Assembly (NCBI GenBank): GCA_945869825.1
Contig: CAMBQF010000002.1
Coordinates: 1 to 60,047 of the forward strand
Direction of reading: 5' to 3'
Origin: Chitinophaga pinensis
Lineage (GTDB): Bacteria > Bacteroidota > Bacteroidia > CAMBQF01
DNA length: 60,047 nt
Shown here: positions 42,395-49,410 of the stretch, one piece after another
Position numbering within the stretch: the first letter of the stretch is position 1
Layout: each line of letters opens with the position of its first letter
Notes under the pieces: model-generated
Told to the model about the DNA's origin: nothing
The model's database searches: none
The model's input: only the letters and a program-made list of their open reading frames with translations
Program-made: the position numbers and the translations under genes

Positions 42395-44182
42395 TTACTC
42401 CAATACCTTCGTTTTCATAGAGCTGTAACGGAGGATGAAGAAGGCTACTACGGCTATGGCGGCGTACATTCCTGCATCGGTATATTCTTTAAATATAAGT
42501 TTGCCGATAAAGAAGAGTGTTGAATAAATCATAATGATTGACGACAGCCAGCATAATACCAAATAGCCAGGTTTGCCCACGTTGGTGGGCAGTGTAAACT
42601 TACCCCAGTTACCCATAGGGCGCACTTTGTTGTAGAAATGTGAAAGGGTAGCATCAGACTCGGGCTTAGTCATAAATGTTACCACAAGCCACGTTACGGT
42701 AGTAAAAGCTACAGTGATGAAGAAGGTAATTTTATTACTTTGCCAGTACACTAAATCATCGCCGGTTACAAGTTTACCCTCGATACCAAATTTACACACA
42801 GCGAAAGCGATGAAAGGGGCTATGGTAGCGGCAATCTCACTCCAGGCATTTATACGCCACCAATACCAACGCAATATAAGCACCAGGCCAAGGCCCGCGC
42901 CACACTCCATTATAAACGACCAAACACCTGATATAGAAGTGATTTTAGTTGAGACCCATAGTGCAATAACCATAACCAAAAGGGTAACCACACGCGCCGC
43001 CATAACGTAGTGCTTCTCGGCCTTGTCTTCGTTTTCAAAACTACTTACAGGGCGCGTAAAACGCTTGTAAAGGTCGTTTACCAAGTAGCTGGCGCCCCAG
43101 TTTAGCTGGGTAGAAATGGTTGACATATACGCCGCCAGAAAGGCTACTAAAAGCATACCTTTTAAGCCTGCAGGAAGAAAATCGTTCATGGCCATGACAT
43201 ATCCATCGCCGGGGTGTGCTAGGCCGGGGTAAAGCACCAGGCTGCAAAGGCCTACTAATATCCACGGCCAGGGGCGCAGGGCATAGTGGGCAATTTGAAA
43301 AAACAGGGTTGCAAAGATGGCATGCTTCTCATTCTTAGCACTCATCATCCGCTGGGCTACATAGCCGCCGCCGCCGGGCTCAGCACCGGGGTACCACGAA
43401 GACCACCACTGCACGCCCACAAAGGCAATAAACGTAAGCCAGGTGATGGAAAAAGCCCCGCCTGCAGCGCCACTTTTACCAACAGAGGGAAAGAAATCGA
43501 ACGCCCAGGGCTTATCGGCCAGTTGGGTTTTAAGCCCATCAATACCACCAATTTTATCGCTATTAACCACAATTACGGCAAGTATAATACAACCTGCCAT
43601 AGCAATAAGGAACTGGACAGCATCGGTAACCGCTACGCCCCACAAGCCTGAGAGTGACGAGTAGAATGCTGTGATAACCATAGCCGCCGCTGTGTATAGC
43701 AGTACCTGATCGTCGGGCAGGCCAAACATAATTTTAAGTATGCTCATAAGGGCCACGTTTACCCAACCGATGATAAGGGTGTTCATTATCAACCCCAGGT
43801 AAACCGCTTTAAATCCGCGTAAGAAACCCGCTTGCTTGCCACCGTAGCGAAGCTCTATAAACTCGAGCTCTGTCAACACCTCGGCCCGGCGCCACATGCG
43901 GGCGAAGAAGAAGGTGGTAAGCATGCCGCCGGTAAGGGCGCTCCACCATATCCAGTTGCCTGAGATGCCATTTTGCACTACCAGCTCGTTTACGGCCAAA
44001 GGCGTATCGGCAGCAAATGTGGTTGCCACCATGCTTATGCCTGCCAAGTACCAAGGCATATTGCGCCCGCCAAGGAAAAACTCTGACGAACTTTTGCCGG
44101 CACGTTTGCTGTACCATAAGCCAATACCCAGCGACAGTGCAAAGTATGCCGCGATAATTACCCAGTCGATTGTTTCTAACAT
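42395..44182 (-). CDS. sodium:solute symporter (SSS) family transporter
   Basis: 595 aa with ~14 TM helices. N-terminal FFLGGRNMPWYLAGISMVATTFAADTPL is typical of SSS transporters. Confidence 0.82.
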   Translation of the reverse strand: MLETIDWVIIAAYFALSLGIGLWYSKRAGKSSSEFFLGGRNMPWYLAGISMVATTFAADTPLAVNELVVQNGISGNWIWWSALTGGMLTTFFFARMWRRAEVLTELEFIELRYGGKQAGFLRGFKAVYLGLIMNTLIIGWVNVALMSILKIMFGLPDDQVLLYTAAAMVITAFYSSLSGLWGVAVTDAVQFLIAMAGCIILAVIVVNSDKIGGIDGLKTQLADKPWAFDFFPSVGKSGAAGGAFSITWLTFIAFVGVQWWSSWYPGAEPGGGGYVAQRMMSAKNEKHAIFATLFFQIAHYALRPWPWILVGLCSLVLYPGLAHPGDGYVMAMNDFLPAGLKGMLLVAFLAAYMSTISTQLNWGASYLVNDLYKRFTRPVSSFENEDKAEKHYVMAARVVTLLVMVIALWVSTKITSISGVWSFIMECGAGLGLVLILRWYWWRINAWSEIAATIAPFIAFAVCKFGIEGKLVTGDDLVYWQSNKITFFITVAFTTVTWLVVTFMTKPESDATLSHFYNKVRPMGNWGKFTLPTNVGKPGYLVLCWLSSIIMIYSTLFFIGKLIFKEYTDAGMYAAIAVVAFFILRYSSMKTKVLE

Positions 44183-44194
44183 AGTAGTGCATTT

Positions 44195-44230
44195 CCCTCA
44201 CCCCAACCCTTCTCCCGATGGGAGAGGGGC
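44195..44230 (+). repeat. REP-like hairpin element, copy B (CCCTCACCCCAACCCTTCTCCC-GAT-GGGAGAGGGGC)
   Basis: Imperfect 10-bp stem CCCTTCTCCC/GGGAGAGGGG preceded by CCTCACCCC. Lies just upstream of the SSS transporter start. Confidence 0.65.
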
Positions 44231-44294
44231 TAAGAAGAGCTATTGTATAGTAAATTAAGTAAGATTGAGGTTGTGGTTAACGGGTAGGTTTTAG

Positions 44295-44302
44295 TACTTT
44301 TG
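44295..44302 (+). promoter_or_regulatory. -7 promoter box TACTTTTG, yajQ
   Basis: Exact consensus match, 17 nt upstream of ATG 44320. Confidence 0.45.
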
Positions 44303-44319
44303 AACAAAAGAACGTTACT

Positions 44320-44808
44320 ATGGCATCATTTGATATTGTAAGCAAAGTAGACCACCAAAGCCTTGACAATGCTATAAATGTGGCGCGTAAGGAAATTACC
44401 ACCCGCTACGATTTTCGCGACAGCAAAACAGAGATTGACTTTGACAAGAAGGGTATGAGCATAACCATTACTACAGAGAACGATATGCGCATGGAGGCTA
44501 TTGAAGATGTGCTGCGCAGCCGGATGATGAAGCAAAAGATAGACCCCGCGGTGCTCGATTTTGGTAAAGAGCATTATGCCAGCGGCAACATGATACGCAA
44601 GGATATCAAAATAAAAGAGGGCATTGACAAAGACACCGCCCGCAAGATTGTGAAGGATATTAAAGACTCTCGCCTAAAGGTGCAGCCCCAGATTATGGAC
44701 GACCAGGTGAGGGTATCGGCAAAGTCGATAGACGACCTGCAAAGCACCATGGCCATTGTTAGGGGTAAAGACTACGAGACGGCCCTGCAGTTTACGAATA
44801 TGAAATAG
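44320..44808 (+). CDS. yajQ: YajQ family nucleotide-binding protein (UPF0234)
   Basis: MASFDIVSKVDHQSLDNAINVARKEITTRYDFRDS and a 162-aa length are diagnostic. Confidence 0.88.
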   Translation: MASFDIVSKVDHQSLDNAINVARKEITTRYDFRDSKTEIDFDKKGMSITITTENDMRMEAIEDVLRSRMMKQKIDPAVLDFGKEHYASGNMIRKDIKIKEGIDKDTARKIVKDIKDSRLKVQPQIMDDQVRVSAKSIDDLQSTMAIVRGKDYETALQFTNMK

Positions 44809-44810
44809 GT

Positions 44811-44845
44811 AGTTCCCGGTTGACAGTTGTCAGTTATAAGTTGAA
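44811..44845 (+). repeat. five-unit heptanucleotide array AGTTCCC GGTTGAC AGTTGTC AGTTATA AGTTGAA
   Basis: Period-7 AGTT core. Starts 2 nt after the yajQ stop. Confidence 0.8.
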
Positions 44846-44859
44846 ATATTTCCAATAGA

Positions 44860-45279
44860 ATGAATGCTCTTAAAATAGTAGTAGTGGTGTTGTGTGTAGC
44901 CAGTGCTTTGTTTGGTTTGATGCTGAACACCAACAACAAGCAAATGGCTGAAACATCGGCTAACAACGCCAACCCCAAACTAACCTACCCACCGGCGGCA
45001 GAGTTTAAAACGGCCTCTACATCGGCCTTTGTTACCGCCGGTTTTGCGGCAGTGTTGGCTATATTGCTGTTTATGAATAACCGTAAAATGCTGGTGGCTT
45101 TTGCGCTGTTCACCATCGTGTCGCTTATCCTGTCGTACTACCTGCAACCCGAGTATGCCAAGGTGCAAGATGGTCCCGCAACAAGCAAAGAGCTGGGGCT
45201 GATACAACTGTTTACGGGCAACGTAGCCGCCTTTGGGGCTATTATGTTCGCCCGCGGCCAGGGCAAAGAACAATTATAA
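44860..45279 (+). CDS. hypothetical 4-TM membrane protein (paralogue 1)
   Basis: 139 aa. Shares layout and the C-terminal motif SYYLQPEY...ELGLIQLF.G..A with the next gene. Confidence 0.55.
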   Translation: MNALKIVVVVLCVASALFGLMLNTNNKQMAETSANNANPKLTYPPAAEFKTASTSAFVTAGFAAVLAILLFMNNRKMLVAFALFTIVSLILSYYLQPEYAKVQDGPATSKELGLIQLFTGNVAAFGAIMFARGQGKEQL

Positions 45280-45384
45280 ATGCCCTTAAAACACTTGTGC
45301 AGTGCCCACCCGCACTTGCTAATTTAGCCCAATACCTTACTTTTTGCCGCTGTATTTTTACTTAAAACTTAAACGTACCAACGC

Positions 45385-45816
45385 ATGAAGGTTGTATTAA
45401 AAGTGCTGATAGCCTTGCTTGGATTAGCCAGCATTACCATAGGCTTTTTACTATTTAAACGCAACGCCGACCTGGCAGCCGAAGTAGCATCGCTGGGCAA
45501 CACCATAGGGCTTTTACCCACCGAAAACGCTTTTAAAAATGCCGCAATTAGCCCGGTAATAGCAGCACTAAGCTCTTTTGTGGTAGTGGTACTATCCTTT
45601 TTAAAAACACCCGGCACCACCACGGTTGCTGGTGTGGTTAGCATGGGTTTATTAGCAGCATCGTACTTTCTTCAACCCGATTATAACGCAAGCCTTATTA
45701 GCGGGGAGCTTAGCCGCGACATTGCCCTAAACCAGCTGTTTGCAGGAGTTATAGCATCGAGTGTGGCACTTATACTATCGCAACAAAAAGATAAACCTAT
45801 ACTTAGGTATGCTTAG
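45385..45816 (+). CDS. hypothetical 4-TM membrane protein (paralogue 2)
   Basis: 143 aa with SYFLQPDY...DIALNQLFAGVIAS. A hairpin terminator follows. Confidence 0.55.
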   Translation: MKVVLKVLIALLGLASITIGFLLFKRNADLAAEVASLGNTIGLLPTENAFKNAAISPVIAALSSFVVVVLSFLKTPGTTTVAGVVSMGLLAASYFLQPDYNASLISGELSRDIALNQLFAGVIASSVALILSQQKDKPILRYA

Positions 45817-45851
45817 TTTTTTATTTACGGTTAGTACAGTTGAGTAAAAAG

Positions 45852-45880
45852 TCCTGCTACACATAGTGGCGGGATTTTTT
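45852..45880 (+). terminator. rho-independent terminator after membrane-protein paralogue 2
   Basis: TCCTGCTAC-ACATA-GTGGCGGGA (two G-U pairs) followed by TTTTTT. Confidence 0.65.
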
Positions 45881-45890
45881 ATGCTTTGCA

Positions 45891-45925
45891 ATTCATTATG
45901 CATTTTGAATTATGCATTCTGAATT
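45891..45925 (-). repeat. five-unit heptanucleotide array (plus strand ATTCATT ATGCATT TTGAATT ATGCATT CTGAATT)
   Basis: The period-7 ATT suffix is invariant. On the minus strand it starts inside the TAA stop of the alpha/beta hydrolase gene. Confidence 0.75.
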
Positions 45926-46652
45926 ACACCTCTATCCCCGTATGCTCTGCAATAAGGGCTTTTATCTCTTTGGCATTATCCATAACCATGCTGTGGCCTG
46001 CGCCCTTTATAAGCACTACCGGCTCGGTAATGTAGCGTATGGGGAACAGCGGGTCTTTACTGCCGTGTATATGCAAAATATTCTCGGGGTACTCTGTATT
46101 TTTCCAACCCAGCACGCGGTCTATCACCCAGTGGATGTAGTCGCCGCCGGTGGTGTATACCATGTTAAAGAAGGTGTTCCACTCGCGGGTTTCTTTAGGC
46201 GCAAAAAAGCGGCTGGCAAAGCCCCCCAGCTGTATCACCCGTGGCGATACCCTTTTGTGCAAACGCAGCAGGTGGATAAGGTTTTTATACCATGCCAGTT
46301 CGTCCTCGTGCTTAACGCTGCCCAGCAGAATTACTTGCTTTACGGTAATGTGCTTGGCAATTTCTACCGCCAGCACCCCGCCAAATGATGTACCTATCAA
46401 CACCGGGTTAGGCTCGGTAATATGCGTAGCCAGGCGGCCTGCAAAATGCGCAAGTGTTTCGTTCTTTTCAGGCTCGGGGTATACAACGTAGTGAAACTCG
46501 CTGTTATCGCCCGTGGCAAAGTTTTTAAATATGCGGCCGTCGGCTAATAGGCCCGGCAACATATAAATGTTGTTCTTGGTAGTATCAGCTTTCGGAGTGC
46601 TGTTTTTTGTATCCCCCACTTTATTGGTATCTAAATGTTGTGTCGCGTTCAT
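45924..46652 (-). CDS. alpha/beta-fold hydrolase
   Basis: Nucleophile elbow LIGTSFGGV (GxSxG), HG.KD and GAGH motifs. Confidence 0.65.
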   Translation of the reverse strand: MNATQHLDTNKVGDTKNSTPKADTTKNNIYMLPGLLADGRIFKNFATGDNSEFHYVVYPEPEKNETLAHFAGRLATHITEPNPVLIGTSFGGVLAVEIAKHITVKQVILLGSVKHEDELAWYKNLIHLLRLHKRVSPRVIQLGGFASRFFAPKETREWNTFFNMVYTTGGDYIHWVIDRVLGWKNTEYPENILHIHGSKDPLFPIRYITEPVVLIKGAGHSMVMDNAKEIKALIAEHTGIEV

Positions 46653-46654
46653 GC

Positions 46655-47747
46655 TTATTTTTTAGCGCCATATTCCATCAAATAGGCCTTTATAAAATCG
46701 TTTATCTCCCCATCAAGCACCTTTCCGGTGTCCGATGTTTCGTGGTCCGTCCGCAGGTCTTTAACCAGTTTATACGGGTGTAAAACATAGTTACGTATTT
46801 GCGACCCCCACTCTATTTTCATTTTTGTGCCCTCGGCTACCGCCTTAGCTTCGTTCCTTTTACGCAGTTCCTGCTCATACAGTTGCGACTTTAGCATTTT
46901 CAACGCCAAATCTTTATTCCGTAACTGCGACCGCTCCTTCTGACACTCAATAATAATGCCCGATGGTTTGTGGTGCAACCTAACGGCCGTTTCTACCTTG
47001 TTTACGTTTTGGCCGCCGGCACCGCCACTGCGGAAGGTGTCCCACGTTACATCGCCTAGGTTTATCTCTATGTTTATGCTATCATCAATAAGCGGGTAAA
47101 CGTATACCGAAGCGAACGATGTATGGCGCTTGGCATTACTGTCAAACGGCGATATGCGCACCAACCGGTGCACACCACTTTCGCCCTTTAGGTAGCCGTA
47201 GGCAAACTCCCCTTCTACTTCTATAGTTACAGATTTTATGCCCGCCCCGTCTCCATCCTGTTTGTCAATTTCGCTGGCTGTGTAGCCGTTACGCTCGGCC
47301 CAGCGCAGGTACATACGCATCAGCATCTCGGCCCAGTCCTGGCTCTCGGTGCCGCCAGCACCCGAGTTAATAGTAAGTACTGCACCCAGGTGGTCTTCCT
47401 CGCCACTCAGCATGTTTTTAAACTCCAGCTCCTCTATCAACTGCACCACACGGGAATGCTCCGTGTCAATTTCTTTTTCGGTAGCCGCTTCCTCTTTGTA
47501 GAATTCAAAAAGCACAGTAATGTCGTCTACGGCTTTGGCAACCTTAGCATACGCATCTGTCCACACTTTTTTTTGCTTAATGCCCTTTAGCAATACTTCG
47601 GCAGCCTTGGGGTCGTCCCAAAAACCATCGGCGTGGCTCTGCGCCTCTTCGGCGGCAATAGCCTGTAGTTTGCTGTCAATGTCAAAGGTAGCCGTGCAGG
47701 GCCTTAGTGCGCTGCACGAGTTCGTCTATCTGCTCGGCGGTAATCAT
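46655..47747 (-). CDS. prfB: peptide chain release factor 2, expressed through a programmed +1 frameshift (47747..47685 joined to 47683..46655)
   Basis: The downstream frame carries SPF (RISPFDS) and GGQ ([16 protein letters not shown]). ATG at 47747 opens [21 protein letters not shown], which ends at in-frame CTT TGA C. A +1 shift continues [41 protein letters not shown], in frame with ORF 46655..47593. Confidence 0.92.
47681..47690 (-). other. RF2 recoding site TAC CTT TGA C
   Basis: The canonical CUU UGA C slippery/stop context is read directly on the minus strand. Confidence 0.9.
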
Positions 47748-47752
47748 TTGGG

Positions 47753-47760
47753 CAAATGTA
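47753..47760 (-). promoter_or_regulatory. -7 promoter box TACATTTG, prfB
   Basis: Exact consensus match on the minus strand, 5 nt upstream of ATG 47747. Confidence 0.5.
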
Positions 47761-47768
47761 ATAATTTT

Positions 47769-47796
47769 AGCGTACAGCGTTAAGCGTGGAGCGTAT
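47769..47796 (+). repeat. four-unit heptanucleotide array AGCGTAC AGCGTTA AGCGTGG AGCGTAT
   Basis: Same AGCGT core as 10335-10369. Located in the divergent region between prfB and the serine hydrolase gene, next to the prfB -7 box. Confidence 0.75.
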
Positions 47797-47951
47797 AGGA
47801 AAATAAGATATGGACACCCGCTGATTATAGAATTGTCAACCGCTCCTTTCTATATTACAAGAGTGTTAGCAAACAACAAGTAATGATACTGGCATAAATC
47901 ATGATTCAGACAATTAAAGTACCTTTGCAGCACCTAAGTACTTCCAGCACA

Positions 47952-49064
47952 ATGTATAAAAAGAACCTGCTTTATGTTTTTGCCGTAGCAGCGGCAGTAG
48001 TGGCTTTGCAGGCCTGTAAGCCGATGCGCATGATAGTGTATAACGCACCTAAAATAAATACCTATAAGGTTTTTAAGGCCGATACGGTGTACCCATCAGA
48101 AACGCCCTATCGTTTTTACGAGGCAGGAAATACGCGTGCGCTGGGCAAGCAGATTATGGTGGCCAGCCACCCGCTGCACCCGGTATCGGTAACGTTGGAT
48201 GGGTATTTAGAGAAATCGAAGACACGGTCGTTCCTTATCATTCGCAACGATACGATTTTGTATGAGCGGTATTTTAAGGGTTACGAGGCGGATAGTAAGG
48301 TGACGACATTTTCAGTTGCTAAATCGTTTTTAAGCGCTATGCTGGGCGTTGCTATTGACAGGGGTTTGGTACAGGGGGTTAAGCAACCTATATGTGACTA
48401 CTTTCCTGAACTGAACCGCGACAAGCTGGGTGGCGTTACGATTGAGCATTTGCTAAGACATACATCGGGCATCAGGTTTAAGGGCGCGGGGCACCAGTAC
48501 TACAGCAACAATATAATCAAGCAGTATAACAAGCGCCTGGGCCTTCGATGGCAGCCGGGCACGCGTTTTAAATACGATAATGCAAACTCGCAAACATTAG
48601 GTATATTATTAGAAAGGACATTTAAAAAGCCATTATCTAAAATTCTGGAAGACGAGATTTGGAAGCCTTGCGGTATGGAGCTGCCCGTTACGTGGAGCAA
48701 AGACAACAAGGGCAGTGGGCAGATAAAAGCCTTTTGCTGCCTTAACGGTGCCACCCGCGATTTTGCCAAATTTGGCCGCCTGTTCCTTAACAAGGGCAAC
48801 TGGAACGGCAAGCAGATAATACCTAAAGAATGGGTAGAACAAAGCACTAGTCCTGATACATCGCTGGGTGGTCTGCGTACCGAAAAGTACCATTGGTGGA
48901 TGTTGCCCGACAGCGACGGTGCTTACTATGCTGGTGGCTTATATGGCCAGTACATTATTGTATACCCCGAGAAGAACCTGTTGATTATCCGCTTTGCAGA
49001 GCGTAACCTGCAGCCGGAAGATGAAATTCAAAACTTTTTCAGGGAGGTTATTGAGCAGTTGTAA
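47952..49064 (+). CDS. serine hydrolase (beta-lactamase / penicillin-binding-protein-like family), probable lipoprotein
   Basis: SxxK motif (FSVAKSF) and a YxN-like motif (YYSNN). Signal peptide with Cys (MYKKNLLYVFAVAAAVVALQAC) from ATG 47952. Confidence 0.75.
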   Translation: MYKKNLLYVFAVAAAVVALQACKPMRMIVYNAPKINTYKVFKADTVYPSETPYRFYEAGNTRALGKQIMVASHPLHPVSVTLDGYLEKSKTRSFLIIRNDTILYERYFKGYEADSKVTTFSVAKSFLSAMLGVAIDRGLVQGVKQPICDYFPELNRDKLGGVTIEHLLRHTSGIRFKGAGHQYYSNNIIKQYNKRLGLRWQPGTRFKYDNANSQTLGILLERTFKKPLSKILEDEIWKPCGMELPVTWSKDNKGSGQIKAFCCLNGATRDFAKFGRLFLNKGNWNGKQIIPKEWVEQSTSPDTSLGGLRTEKYHWWMLPDSDGAYYAGGLYGQYIIVYPEKNLLIIRFAERNLQPEDEIQNFFREVIEQL

Positions 49065-49380
49065 AATATTTATAAACCAATATAATAAAAGCTCTACCTC
49101 TACCCTGTTTTATGTTTTTTCTCAGAAACAGACAGGTAAGCCATAGGCGTCTTTAATACAATTTTTAAGTAAAAACGTACAAATACTTGCTTTTATATCA
49201 TTAAAAAAACGGTCAGTTATATTTTTTTTTAAGCAACAAAAGCAAACCAAAAGCATTGTAAATAAAGGGATACAGAAGCAGATGCTAAATTATACCCATA
49301 CTATAACATGCCTGTAAATTACTATGTAAGAATTTAACTAATAGCGAATTTATTAATAGATGTAGTAGGTAAATCTTTGT

Positions 49381-49408
49381 CGCATTAATAACCACCAACA
49401 TTAATGCG
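49381..49408 (+). promoter_or_regulatory. 9-bp stem / 10-nt loop hairpin ending 2 nt before the giant protein 2 start codon
   Basis: CGCATTAAT-AACCACCAAC-ATTAATGCG, then CT ATG. Confidence 0.5.
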
Positions 49409-49410
49409 CT

